64,000 nt of DNA from an uncultured Solirubrobacterales bacterium (GTDB taxonomy: Bacteria > Actinomycetota > Thermoleophilia > Solirubrobacterales > 70-9), in NCBI GenBank assembly GCA_963743575.1, contig CAVUQC010000008.1, positions 19,766 to 83,765 of the forward strand. Reading direction: 5' to 3'. Below the pieces are notes generated by a model that was given only the letters and a program-made list of their open reading frames with translations, made no database searches and was not told where the DNA came from. The first letter of the stretch is position 1; the number at the start of each line of letters is the position of its first letter. Below, in pieces: positions 1 through 10,024 of the stretch. The position numbers and the translations under genes are program-made.

Positions 1-225
1 GCCGTCGCCGTCGCGCTGATAGATGTCATGGACGGTGAGTCCCTGGTTCGAGTTGCTGGCGGGGCGGGCGAGGGCGGCCGGCGCGATCACCGGCGCCGAG
101 CTCTCGTCCTTGCTCGTGTCGACGGCACCGGCCTGAATCAGGATGAGGCCGACGATCAGAACGACGGTGCCGCCCGCGACGGCGGACCCGAAGCTTGTCG
201 AGAGGAATCTCTTCAGCGACTTCAT
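1..225 (-). CDS. 5' part of a gene running off the window start: membrane-anchored protein, possibly an HtrA/DegP-type serine protease (partial)
   Basis: Own translation from ATG 225-223: MKSLKRFLSTSFGSAVAGGTVVLIVGLILIQAG (one TM helix) ...GLTVHDIYQRDGDG. The frame is open to position 1. It is absent from the ORF track because it is truncated. The protease assignment is only by resemblance to HtrA N-termini. Confidence 0.4.
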   Translation of the reverse strand, partial: MKSLKRFLSTSFGSAVAGGTVVLIVGLILIQAGAVDTSKDESSAPVIAPAALARPASNSNQGLTVHDIYQRDGDG

Positions 226-289
226 GCGGGTCAGTGTGGGACCCGCCGCTTAACCGTCTCTAAGCAGGTTCTACGGGTTCTCTAATTAA

Positions 290-1096
290 TCAGGGCAGCA
301 GGTGCTCGCGGGTGGACTCCTCATCCGCGATCAGCTCTCGGAGCTTCGCGCCCGGATCGTCAGCGCGCATCAGTGCCTCGCCGATCAGCACGGCATCCAC
401 GCCGACCCGCTCGAGATCATCGAGCGTGGCGCGGTCCGCGATGCCACTCTCCGAGACCACGGTCTTGCCGGCAGGGACATCGGTGATCAGCTCGTAGGTC
501 GTCTGGACATCGACGGTGAAGTCGTCGAGATTGCGATTGTTGATGCCGATCACCTCCGCCCCGACGGCCAGGGCGGTCTCGAGCTCGGGCTCCTTGTGGA
601 CTTCGACGACGACGTCGAGATCAAGGCTCATGGCCTCGTCATGGAGCGCCGAGAGCGAGTCCTGGTGGAGTGCGGCCACGATCAACAGCACAGCGTCCGC
701 ACCCGCGACCGCGGCCTCGTAGAGCTGGTAGCGGTCCACGACGAAGTCCTTCTGGAGGATGGGCAGCTCGCAGGCGGCTCGCGCCTCGCGCAGATCGGCG
801 AGCGCGCCGCCGAAGTGCGCCTCGTCGGTGAGGACCGACAGGGCGGCTGCCCCGGCCTCGTCATAGGAACGGGCGATCTCAGCCGGTGTCGCACCGGGCC
901 TGATCTCGCCCGCGCTCGGAGAACGGCGCTTGAACTCGGCGATCACGGAGAGGCCGGGCCGCGTCAGCGCCTCGCCGAATGGGCGCTGCTCCGGCCGCTC
1001 GGACAGGCGTTGCTCGAGATCCCCCAACGGCACCTCAGCGCTTCGTCGCACCACGCCTGCCCGCGCGGACCCGACCAGGTCTTCGATCATGCCCAT
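290..1096 (-). CDS. trpC: indole-3-glycerol-phosphate synthase
   Basis: 268-aa ORF with IAEFKRRSPSAG, ILQKDFVVD and GINNRNL motifs. It is the last gene of the hisIE-trpEGDC string. Confidence 0.9.
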   Translation of the reverse strand: MGMIEDLVGSARAGVVRRSAEVPLGDLEQRLSERPEQRPFGEALTRPGLSVIAEFKRRSPSAGEIRPGATPAEIARSYDEAGAAALSVLTDEAHFGGALADLREARAACELPILQKDFVVDRYQLYEAAVAGADAVLLIVAALHQDSLSALHDEAMSLDLDVVVEVHKEPELETALAVGAEVIGINNRNLDDFTVDVQTTYELITDVPAGKTVVSESGIADRATLDDLERVGVDAVLIGEALMRADDPGAKLRELIADEESTREHLLP

Positions 1097-1111
1097 CTCG
1101 TCGAAGACACC

Positions 1112-2158
1112 CTAGCTCGCGCCGGAGAGCTCGCGGGAGCGCTTCACCAAGCGGCCGAGGACATCGAACGCGATTCCCGAGTCGATTGCCTCCGTCGCCC
1201 TGGCAATGCCATCCGCGAGGTCGCTCGCGCCACCCCCGACATAGATGGCGGCGCCGGCGTTGAGCAGGGAGACGTCGCGGGCGGGACCGCCCTCACCCTC
1301 CAGGACGTGTTTGATGACCGCCGCGTTCTCGGCGGGCTCCCCGCCGGGGATCGCGTCCAGCGGCGCCGTCCCCAGGTCGAAGTCGCCCGGCTCGACGAAC
1401 CACTCCTCGGTGCGGCCCTCGGCGACCTCGATGACCCGCGTGCGGGAGGAGACACTCAGCTCGTCGATGCCGTCGTCGGCGTTCACGACCAGCGCGTGCG
1501 AGCAGCCGAGCTGCAGCAGGGCCTCGGCGATGATCTCCTGGTAGGCGCGGTCGGAAACGCCGAGCAGGTGGGTCGCTGCCCCGGCCGGATTGGTGAGCGG
1601 CCCGAGGAAGTTGAAGATCGTTCGCACCGCAAGCTCCTTGCGCACCGGCACCACGTGAGCCATCGCCCGATGGTGCTTGGGCGCGAACATGAACCCGAAG
1701 CCGACCTCCTCGATGCAGGTCGCGACCTCCGCGGGACCGAGTTCGATGTCGACTCCGAGGGCCTCGAGCACGTCGGCCGATCCCGACCTGCTCGTGGCCG
1801 AGCGGTTCCCGTGCTTGGCGACCTTGCAGCCCGCTCCAGCGGCAATCAGCGCGGCGGTGGTCGAGATGTTGAAGGTGGTGGGGCCACCGCCCGTGCCCGC
1901 CGTGTCCAGCAGGCTGGGCTCGTCGATCTCGACGTGCGCGGCGAGCGAGCGCATGGTCCGCGCCAGGCCAACGAGCTCGGAGACCGTCTCGCCCTTGGCG
2001 CGCAGCGAGATCAGGAAGGCGGCGGTCTGCACCTCGCTCGTCCTGCCCTCCATGATCTCCGCGAGCGCGGCCGAGGTGTGATCGGCCGTCAGGTGAGTCC
2101 CGGAGCAGATCTCGTCGATCGCGCGAGTGACGATGTCGTTGGGCATGGTCGGACTCAC
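1112..2158 (-). CDS. trpD: anthranilate phosphoribosyltransferase
   Basis: 348-aa ORF with GTGGGPTTFNISTTAA and KHGNRSATSRSGSADVLEALG motifs. It overlaps trpG by 4 nt. Confidence 0.92.
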   Translation of the reverse strand: MSPTMPNDIVTRAIDEICSGTHLTADHTSAALAEIMEGRTSEVQTAAFLISLRAKGETVSELVGLARTMRSLAAHVEIDEPSLLDTAGTGGGPTTFNISTTAALIAAGAGCKVAKHGNRSATSRSGSADVLEALGVDIELGPAEVATCIEEVGFGFMFAPKHHRAMAHVVPVRKELAVRTIFNFLGPLTNPAGAATHLLGVSDRAYQEIIAEALLQLGCSHALVVNADDGIDELSVSSRTRVIEVAEGRTEEWFVEPGDFDLGTAPLDAIPGGEPAENAAVIKHVLEGEGGPARDVSLLNAGAAIYVGGGASDLADGIARATEAIDSGIAFDVLGRLVKRSRELSGAS

Positions 2159-2748
2159 CTCAGAAAGTTGGCCAGGAGCTTCTTGCCCTGGGGAGTGAGG
2201 ACGGACTCGGGATGGAACTGGACCCCCTCTGCGGGCAGCTCGCGGTGTCGAACGCCCATCACCACATCGCCGTAGGTGGAGGTGAGCTCGAGCTCGTCGG
2301 GCAGGTCCGGGTCCGCAATCAGCGAGTGGTACCGGCCGGCCACCAGCGGGTTGGAGAGACCCTCGTAGACCGCGTTGCCGTCGTGCTTCACCTCCGCGTC
2401 CTTACCGTGGATCGGGTCGCCGCGGACGACCGTGCCGCCGAAAGCCTCCACCAGCGACTGGTGCCCGAGGCAGACGCCGAGGACCGGAGTTCCCGCCTCG
2501 GCGAAGGAACGGATTGCCTCCACCGAGATACCCGCCTCCTTCGGGGTGCACGGACCTGGCGAGACGACGAGGCGATCGGGCTTCAGCCGAACGAGCTCCT
2601 CGACGGTTGCCTTGTCGTTCCGGACCACGCCGACCTCCGCCCCCAGCTCTCCGAGGTACTGGACGAGGTTGTAGGTGAAGGAGTCGTAGTTGTCGATGAC
2701 GAGGACGGAACCGACACCATCCTGTTCGCGCGGCGCGCTCATGGCCAC
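2155..2748 (-). CDS. trpG: anthranilate synthase component II (glutamine amidotransferase)
   Basis: 197-aa ORF in class-I GATase context (GVCLGHQ ... VQFHPES). It sits between trpE and trpD with overlapping stops and starts. Confidence 0.88.
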   Translation of the reverse strand: MAMSAPREQDGVGSVLVIDNYDSFTYNLVQYLGELGAEVGVVRNDKATVEELVRLKPDRLVVSPGPCTPKEAGISVEAIRSFAEAGTPVLGVCLGHQSLVEAFGGTVVRGDPIHGKDAEVKHDGNAVYEGLSNPLVAGRYHSLIADPDLPDELELTSTYGDVVMGVRHRELPAEGVQFHPESVLTPQGKKLLANFLR

Positions 2749-4301
2749 TCCGGCTGCTCGGCGGCCAGCTCGACCGCGCGGAACACGGCCTTCGCCTTGT
2801 TGACCGACTCGTTGTACTCGTAGGCCGGCTGAGCGTCCGCGACCGTCCCGCCACCTGCCTGTACATGGACGAGACCGTCCTTGACCACCACCGAGCGGAT
2901 GTAGATGGCGGTGTCGAGGTCGCGCGTGTAGCTCAGGTAGCCGACCGCGCCACCGTATGGGCCGCGCTTCTGCGGCTCCAGCTCGTCAATGATCTGCATG
3001 GCGCGCACCTTGGGCGCGCCCGAGAGCGTTCCCGCCGGGAGGATCGAGCGCAGGGCGTCCATCGCGCTGACGTCCGGGCGCAGCTTGCCCGATACCTGGC
3101 TGACGATGTGAAGCACATGCGAGTAGGTCTCGACGACCATCAGTTCGTCGACGTTGACCGAGCCGTATTCGCAGACCCGGCCGAGGTCGTTGCGCCCCAG
3201 GTCGACGAGCATCACGTGCTCCGCCCGCTCCTTCGGGTCCTGGAGCAGGCGCTCCGCCGCCAGCCGGTCCTCCTCCTCGTCGGCGCCGCGCGGATAGGTG
3301 CCCGCGATCGGCCGGGTCTCGACCCGGTCACCGGTCACCTTGACCAGCGGCTCAGGGGAGGCGCCGGCGATCTCGAAGTCGCCGAAGTCGAGGAAGTACA
3401 TGTACGGCGAGGGATTGACCGTGCGAAGGCCCCGGTAGATCGAGAAGGCCTCGACCGGACACGGCGAGGTGAAGCGCTGGGAGGGAACGACCTGGAAGGC
3501 GTCGCCGGCGTGGACATACTCGATGATGCGGGTCACCGTCGCTTCGAATTGCTCACGCGTCAGATTCGATTCAAAGTTGATGAATCGTTTGACGGCTTCG
3601 CCATCAACCGCCATCTCCTCGGTTTCGCCTGTGGAGATATCGGGCGAGGGTGCGAGCGCCTTGGCAACCCTGGTCGTTGGTACAGGCTCACGAAGGCGAT
3701 CGCGCACCTCTCCGATCGTCTCGACCGCACGGGCGTATGCCTCCTCGATCCCGCCGTCCTCGACGAAGGCATTGGCGATCAGGGTGACCTCGTGCCGCTG
3801 GTGGTCGAACGCCACGAGCACGTCGGTGATCATCAGGGCCATGTCCGGGAGGCCGATCGGATCGGGGTTGGGCTCTGCGAGCGGCTCGACGGTGCGGACC
3901 AGGTCGTAGCCGAAGAAGCCGACGGCTCCACCCGCGAAGGGAGGGAGCTCGTCGGGCTCGGCGATCTCGTACCGGCCGAGGTACTCGGCGGCCGCCGCGT
4001 ACGGGTCCGGCGCGTCGGTGACGCGATCGTCCTCGGAGAGCTTGCCGTCCGACCAGCGCAGCACCGATCGGGGCCTGAAGCCGAGGAAGGACCAGCGGCC
4101 CAGCCGGCCTTGCTCGGCAGACTCGAGCAGGAAGGAGGGCCCGTCGCCGCGCAGCTTGAGGAAGGCGCTGACGGGCGTCTCGCAGTCGTCGATGAAGCGG
4201 TAGCGGACCGGGACCACGTTGGCGGTCGCCGCGAGCTGCCGGGCGCGATCCAGGTCTGGTTGCAGGCCGGGCAGGCTGGTCGCCGCCCCCACGGTGCTCA
4301 T
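2739..4301 (-). CDS. trpE: anthranilate synthase component I
   Basis: 520-aa chorismate-binding enzyme (LLESAEQG..., GAVGYLSY..., IRSVVV). It overlaps the hisIE stop by 4 nt. Confidence 0.92.
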   Translation of the reverse strand: MSTVGAATSLPGLQPDLDRARQLAATANVVPVRYRFIDDCETPVSAFLKLRGDGPSFLLESAEQGRLGRWSFLGFRPRSVLRWSDGKLSEDDRVTDAPDPYAAAAEYLGRYEIAEPDELPPFAGGAVGFFGYDLVRTVEPLAEPNPDPIGLPDMALMITDVLVAFDHQRHEVTLIANAFVEDGGIEEAYARAVETIGEVRDRLREPVPTTRVAKALAPSPDISTGETEEMAVDGEAVKRFINFESNLTREQFEATVTRIIEYVHAGDAFQVVPSQRFTSPCPVEAFSIYRGLRTVNPSPYMYFLDFGDFEIAGASPEPLVKVTGDRVETRPIAGTYPRGADEEEDRLAAERLLQDPKERAEHVMLVDLGRNDLGRVCEYGSVNVDELMVVETYSHVLHIVSQVSGKLRPDVSAMDALRSILPAGTLSGAPKVRAMQIIDELEPQKRGPYGGAVGYLSYTRDLDTAIYIRSVVVKDGLVHVQAGGGTVADAQPAYEYNESVNKAKAVFRAVELAAEQPEWP

Positions 4302-4972
4302 CGAGCCCGCCGGCGGCCGTTCAGGACGTGGAGGACCTCGGCCATCGAGAGGCCGCGAGAGAGCAGCAGTACCGCGAGGTGGTAGACGACGTCGGCGCCC
4401 TCCTCGGCCACCCGCTCGTCGGACTCCGAGTCGACGGCCTTGACCACCTCGGCGGCCTCCTCTCTGACCTTGTCGCCGGCGAGCTTCGGATCCTCGAGCA
4501 GCTCGACGGTGTAGCTGCCCTGTGGGCGCTTACGCCGGCGCGTGACCAGCGTCCGCTCGAGGGTCGCCAGGGCCTCATAGGGCAGCAGGGCGGGCTCGCC
4601 GATCACGCCGGGCGCATCGACCCCCGGATCGGCGCTGCCCTCCAGGTCGCGGTAGAAGCAGGAGCGCTCACCGGTGTGGCAGGCGGGGCCGGCCGGGTCG
4701 ACCAGCGCCACGAGGGCATCCCCGTCGCAGTCGTAGCGGATCTGCCTGACCCGCTGCACATTCCCCGAGGTCGCCCCCTTGTGCCAGATCTCGCGGCGCC
4801 TGCGGCTGTAGAGATGGATCTCCCGAGTCTCGAGCGTGAGCAGCAGCGACTCCTCGTTCATGTAGGCAAGGGTGAGCACCTCGCCGGAGCGGGCGTCCTG
4901 CATCACGCACGGCACCAGGCCCTTTTCGTCGAAGCGGACCTTCGCCGCGTCTCTTGCGGTTTGAACGACCAT
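4298..4972 (-). CDS. hisIE: bifunctional phosphoribosyl-AMP cyclohydrolase / phosphoribosyl-ATP pyrophosphatase
   Basis: 224 aa. The N-terminal half has the HisI motif (CDGDALV...GPACHTGERSCFY). The C-terminal half is HisE-like (EEAAEVV...ADVVYHLAVLL). Confidence 0.9.
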   Translation of the reverse strand: MVVQTARDAAKVRFDEKGLVPCVMQDARSGEVLTLAYMNEESLLLTLETREIHLYSRRRREIWHKGATSGNVQRVRQIRYDCDGDALVALVDPAGPACHTGERSCFYRDLEGSADPGVDAPGVIGEPALLPYEALATLERTLVTRRRKRPQGSYTVELLEDPKLAGDKVREEAAEVVKAVDSESDERVAEEGADVVYHLAVLLLSRGLSMAEVLHVLNGRRRAR

Positions 4973-4973
4973 C

Positions 4974-5015
4974 GGGCGATTGTACGAATCGCCCGCTCGC
5001 GCGCCTGAAGGCGCG
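4974..5015 (-). other. two adjacent GC-rich stem-loops between the acidic ORF stop and the hisIE start codon
   Basis: Plus strand: cgcgcc-tgaa-ggcgcg (5000-5015) and gggcgatt-gtacg-aatcgccc (4974-4994, 8-bp stem). The second ends 1 nt before the hisIE ATG (4972). No U-run follows either one. Confidence 0.3.
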
Positions 5016-5022
5016 GGTTCAG

Positions 5023-5208
5023 CTAGTCGTCTGCCTCGTCGTCGAAGTTGAGGACCGTCTCGACCTCGTCATCGCCGTCCTCGTCGCCCTCGGCCTCCCT
5101 GGTCTCCTCCTGGAGCTGGACCTCCTTGGCGATCTCCGGATCGAGGTCGGCGTCGAAGCCGTCCTCTCCCTCCAGGCCGACCGCAATCCCCTCCTCCTGC
5201 ACGGGCAT
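5023..5208 (-). CDS. small, extremely acidic hypothetical protein (61 aa); see finding on the in-frame TAG
   Basis: ORF MPVQEEGIAVGLEGEDGFDADLDPEIAKEV...NFDDEADD. GGAGAA lies 4 nt upstream of the ATG. No family recognised. Confidence 0.3.
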   Translation of the reverse strand: MPVQEEGIAVGLEGEDGFDADLDPEIAKEVQLQEETREAEGDEDGDDEVETVLNFDDEADD

Positions 5209-5354
5209 CGGCTTCTCCGCGCCCTACGGATGCCGCTCGTCCTCGTCGGTCCACTCTTCCCGGTCACGTTCCATGGGATCAATCTCCTCTCGTCGTCTGA
5301 TCGGGCGAATCTTCTTGACCGCCGAGCGCATCTCGGTGAAAGGGATGTGAACGG

Positions 5355-6248
5355 CTACTCGATGCCGAGGCGGTCCAGCAGGCCCTCATCCTTGCGCCAC
5401 CGCTTGCGCACGCGGACCTGGAGATCGAGGAAGACGCGGCCGCCGAGCTCCCGCTCGAGCTCGCCGCGCGCCGCCGTCCCGATCTCCTTGATCTTGCGGC
5501 CGCCGGCGCCGATCAGGATGCCCTTCTGCGACTCGGTCTCGGCCCAGACGTGAGCCACGACCTCCACCACGCCATCCTCGCGGTAGGCGACCTCGGAGAC
5601 CTGGACCTCAACGGCGTGCGGCAGCTCGTCGCGCGTGCGGCGCAGCACCTGCTCGCGAATCAGCTCGGCGAGGAGGACCTCGCTGGGCAAATCCGATCGC
5701 TGCTCGGGCGGGAACAGGAAGGGGCTCTCCGGAAGCAGCTCGATCAGTTTCGCGATCAGCGGCTCGAGTCCGTTCCCCTTCCTCGCACTGACGGGAAAGA
5801 TCTCGTCCACGGCGTCGACCTTCCCCACCTCGGCGAGGACGGCGGCTGTCTCCGCGTTGTTGAGGCGGTCCACCTTGTTGACGGCGCAGACCACGGGGGT
5901 GTCGATGCTCGACTCCAGCAACGCCTTTGAAATGAACCGGTCCCCGGGGCCGACCCCCTGCTCGGCGTTGACGACGAAAAGGACCGCGTCGGAGTCGGCG
6001 ATCTCTCTCTCCACCCGCCGCTGCATCCGCTCGGTGAGCGCGTCGCGCGGCCTCTGGACGCCGGGGAGGTCGGTCATGACGAGCTGCCAGTCCGCCGCCA
6101 GGTCGGTGGCGACCCCGCGGATCGCCCGCCGGGTGGTCTGCGGGCGCTCCGAGACGATCGCCACGTGAGAGCCGACGATCGCGTTGACCAGGGTGGACTT
6201 GCCGACGTTCGGGCGACCCGCGAGACCGACGAAGCCGGCCCTGCTCAC
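5355..6248 (-). CDS. era: GTPase Era
   Basis: 297 aa with G1 GRPNVGKST, G3 DLPG, G4 NKVD and a C-terminal KH domain. It sits in the classic phoH-ybeY-era context. Confidence 0.93.
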   Translation of the reverse strand: MSRAGFVGLAGRPNVGKSTLVNAIVGSHVAIVSERPQTTRRAIRGVATDLAADWQLVMTDLPGVQRPRDALTERMQRRVEREIADSDAVLFVVNAEQGVGPGDRFISKALLESSIDTPVVCAVNKVDRLNNAETAAVLAEVGKVDAVDEIFPVSARKGNGLEPLIAKLIELLPESPFLFPPEQRSDLPSEVLLAELIREQVLRRTRDELPHAVEVQVSEVAYREDGVVEVVAHVWAETESQKGILIGAGGRKIKEIGTAARGELERELGGRVFLDLQVRVRKRWRKDEGLLDRLGIE

Positions 6249-6602
6249 AACGAGGCCATGACCTTGGCCTGCAGCTCGAGCATCTCCCCCTGGTCGCTCT
6301 CGTGGTCGAAGCCGCAGAGGTGGAGGGTGCCGTGGATCGCCGCCTCGGTCACGTCGGTGGCCTTCTCCGGGCAGACGAAGACATCGCCGAGCTCACGCGG
6401 TCCGGTGTCGTGGGGCTGCTCGTCGATCGGGAAGGCGAGCACATCGGTCGCCTCGTCCACGCCCCGGGCCGCGTAGTTGAGCGTCCGCATCCGGCCCTTC
6501 CCGACGATCTCGACGCCAAGATGGCCGTCGTCGACCCCCGCCGCGTGCAGGGCGGCCCCGACGGCGCGGCGCAGATTGCCCGGGACGTCGGAGAGATCGA
6601 TG

Positions 6603-6610
<8 letters not shown>
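6245..6610 (-). CDS. ybeY: rRNA maturation endoribonuclease YbeY (start approximate; no canonical start codon)
   Basis: HGTLHLCGFDH zinc motif. The family-typical N-terminus (ADIDLSDV...) begins at about 6607, right at the phoH stop. The track ORF start at 6832 would overlap phoH by 230 nt. Confidence 0.8.
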
Positions 6611-7567
<957 letters not shown>

Positions 7568-7568
<1 letters not shown>

Positions 7569-7999
7569 TAAGAGCTGAGCTGCTCCTTCACAGCGGCGCT
7601 GACCCGCTTGCCGTCGGCTCTTCCGCCGACCTTAGGCATCAGCACCTTCATCACGGCCCCCATGTCCTTGGGCTCGGTGGCGCCGGACTCCTCAACCGCG
7701 CTCTCGACCAGCTCGGAGAGCTCCTCGTCCGAGAGCTGCTCGGGCAGGTAGCCCTCGATCAGCTTCGCCTCTGCCTCCTCGGCCTCGGCCTGCTCCGTCC
7801 TGTCACCCTCCTTGAGCGCCTCGGCCGCGTCCAGCCGCCTCTTGCGCTCTCGCTGGAGCGCCGCGACCTCGTCTCCCTTGCCCTCCTTCTGCTCGGCCTG
7901 GAGGGCGTTGACGAGCATGCGCAGCTGGCCGACGCGCTGCTTCTCGCCGGCCTTCATCGCCGTCTTCACGTCCTCCTGGACCTGCTCGAGGATGGTCAT
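7568..7999 (-). CDS. GatB/YqeY domain protein
   Basis: 143 aa. MTILEQVQEDVKTAMKAGEKQRV...LLRMLVNALQ is a typical YqeY N-terminus. Confidence 0.8.
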
Positions 8000-8002
8000 G
8001 GG

Positions 8003-8452
8003 CTAAAGCGTAGTTCCTCCCGATGCGGCGCCATTCGTCTCGAGCCCCGCGGCTCGGAGGACGAGCGTGAGCGAGGCCTCGGGACCGGGCCATGCATTCC
8101 GGACCAGGTCGATGCCCCCACCGTGGACAACGAGTCGGAGAGCGAGCCCAAGGACAACAGCGTCGTCGAGCTGGCCGATCCCGGGGAGGAAATCCGGGAC
8201 GAGGTCGATCGGCAGGGCCAGGTAGCCGAGGGCAATGAAGAGGGCCGCTCTCCTCGGTCCGGAAATGCGGCGGTCTCGCGCGAGGCGGGAGATCAGGACG
8301 AGGCAGTCTGGGATGAATCCCGCCAGGGCTCGGGCGTCCTCGCGGCGGCCGGCGGCGATCAGGGCCGCTACCGCGACGACGTACGAACCCAGGGCAATGA
8401 GGAGGAGGCCCCAGGGAAGGAAAGGGACGTCCTCGGGCCTGAGATCCGCCAT
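8003..8452 (-). CDS. DUF1232 (YkvA-like) membrane protein
   Basis: 149 aa with hydrophobic segments and the DLVPDFLPGIGQLDDAVV signature. Confidence 0.65.
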   Translation of the reverse strand: MADLRPEDVPFLPWGLLLIALGSYVVAVAALIAAGRREDARALAGFIPDCLVLISRLARDRRISGPRRAALFIALGYLALPIDLVPDFLPGIGQLDDAVVLGLALRLVVHGGGIDLVRNAWPGPEASLTLVLRAAGLETNGAASGGTTL

Positions 8453-8462
8453 CAGACCTCGA

Positions 8463-8502
8463 TTGCAGCCTTATGGGGCCTATAGCCCCCTAAAGGCTGC
8501 AA
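8463..8502 (-). terminator. compound stem-loop downstream of murI
   Basis: ttgcagcctt ... aaggctgcaa is a perfect 10-bp outer stem enclosing ggggc-ctata-gcccc. It lies between the murI stop (8508) and the next start (8452). No clear U-tract. Confidence 0.45.
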
Positions 8503-8507
8503 ACGGC

Positions 8508-9335
8508 TCATGGGAGGTCGACACGCTCGACGTCGCCGAGCGGCATCTGGAGGAATCGGGTCCCGAGGTCGCGGAAGGCATCCGCGTCCCCCGTGCAGAG
8601 AAATCGATAGGTCCCCTCTTCATTGCCGCCTTTCTCGAGCCCGGCCTCCGCCAGCACCCGCTGCGCGGTCCCAGCGATCGCGTGTCCGGCCGTCACCAGC
8701 CGCACGTCCCGCCCGAGGGTTCGCTGCAGCATCGGCGCGACCAGCGGATAGTGCGTGCAGCCGAGGATCACCGTGTCCACCTCGGCCCGCTTCAGCGGCT
8801 CGCAATACGAGCGCACCATCTCGACGACGCTCTCCGAGAACGGGAACCCGCGCTGGATCACCGCGGCAAGGTCGGGTGCTTCGACCTCGGTGACCGTCAA
8901 CTTGCGGTGCTGTTCGGAGAGTGCCCGCAGGTAGGAGCCACTCCGCACCGTCGCCGGCGTCGCGAGAACCCCGACGTTGCCTGACTGGGTGAGCGCACCG
9001 GCGATCTCCGACTCGGGCCGGATCACGGCGACCACCTCCACCCCGGCCTCGGCCGCGATCTCCCTCGCAACCTCCCGGCCGGCCGAGGCGGCGGAGTTGC
9101 AGGCGATCACCAGCAGCTTGGCCCCGCGGTCGAGCAGGAACCGGGTGATCTGCGCGACGTGATCGCGGAGCTCAGCGTTGGTTTGAGCACCGTACGGAAA
9201 GCGCGCGTCGTCCCCCAGATAGACGTAGTCCTCCTCCGGCAGCGAGACGAGGCACTCGTGGAGGACCGTGAGCCCGCCCACGCCTGAGTCGAAGACGGCG
9301 ATCGGCAGACCCGCCCTGGAGTCGGCGGCATCCAT
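8508..9335 (-). CDS. murI: glutamate racemase
   Basis: 275 aa with AVFDSGVGGLTVL, VIACNSAS and LGCTHYP motifs. Confidence 0.92.
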   Translation of the reverse strand: MDAADSRAGLPIAVFDSGVGGLTVLHECLVSLPEEDYVYLGDDARFPYGAQTNAELRDHVAQITRFLLDRGAKLLVIACNSAASAGREVAREIAAEAGVEVVAVIRPESEIAGALTQSGNVGVLATPATVRSGSYLRALSEQHRKLTVTEVEAPDLAAVIQRGFPFSESVVEMVRSYCEPLKRAEVDTVILGCTHYPLVAPMLQRTLGRDVRLVTAGHAIAGTAQRVLAEAGLEKGGNEEGTYRFLCTGDADAFRDLGTRFLQMPLGDVERVDLP

Positions 9336-9403
9336 TCTTCGTCCAAATGATGCCCTAGCGCGCTTTCTCGCCGCTCAAGGACGCCCAAGGACGATCCGAC
9401 AAA

Positions 9404-10024
9404 GTGATCGTGGCACCCGACACCTTCAAGACCATCGTCGGCATCCTCCTCGCCGTGCTCGTCCTGGTCGCGCTCGCACCGTGGAATTGGATCGGCGGCT
9501 CGGATGCCGCAAGCCTGCCGGGTCCGACTCAACTCCCGCCGAAGCACCTCCCCGCCGACTACCCGCCGGATCATTCTCCACCCGGTTACTACCCACCTGC
9601 GCCCTCAACGGCGGTAGGGATGACCCCAGCGTGGCGGCAGTTCGCCGCCCGGGTCGACGCGACGTGCGCGATCAGCTTCAACTACGCGCTGGTCGAGCAG
9701 GCGCAAGCCAGGGAGGCCGCAAGGTCGCAGGGCTGGAGCGCTCCCAGAGCCGAGGAGGCCGTGACCCGGGTTTGGGGACAGGAGGACGCCCGGATCCTTC
9801 GCGCGACCGCCCGGATGGGTTCTCCTCCAGTGCGGCCATTGCTGTTCGCCAGGTGGCGAGCCAATGTGAGACTTCGCAGCCGTCTCTTCTTCGAGGCGAG
9901 CCGAGCCGGGGGACTCGCGCAGGACGAAAGAGAGTCCCTGATCCTGCATCGGATCTTCCAGCTGAAGGATCGATCCGACAGGATCGGCCAGCGCTTCGGC
10001 CTTCGAATCTGCACCTCGAACTAG
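9404..10024 (+). CDS. hypothetical membrane-anchored protein with a Pro-rich linker
   Basis: 206 aa. GTG start, one N-terminal TM (IVGILLAVLVLVALAPW), then PGPTQLPPKHLPADYPPDHSPPGYYPPAP. No family recognised. Confidence 0.45.
   Translation: MIVAPDTFKTIVGILLAVLVLVALAPWNWIGGSDAASLPGPTQLPPKHLPADYPPDHSPPGYYPPAPSTAVGMTPAWRQFAARVDATCAISFNYALVEQAQAREAARSQGWSAPRAEEAVTRVWGQEDARILRATARMGSPPVRPLLFARWRANVRLRSRLFFEASRAGGLAQDERESLILHRIFQLKDRSDRIGQRFGLRICTSN

Noticed and set aside
226-246. 7-bp hairpin gcgggtc-agtgtgg-gacccgc between trpC and the partial protease-like gene.
   Set aside because: It abuts the ATG at 225 and lacks a U-tract. I cannot distinguish a trp-operon terminator from a 5' leader structure, so it is not reported as a feature.
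302-2275. Very long ORFs antisense to, or out of frame with, recognisable genes. Examples: 302..2275 (+), 2865..4385 (+), 9268..11181 (+), 10866..11984 (+), 22679..24154 (+), 24940..26292 (+), 45374..46783 (+), 54288..56279 (+), 58878..60854 (+), 61787..63100 (+).
   Set aside because: Their translations are Arg/Gly/Pro/Ala-rich low-complexity sequence with no motifs. Each lies opposite a gene with clear family signatures. Stop-poor shadow frames are expected at about 68% G+C.
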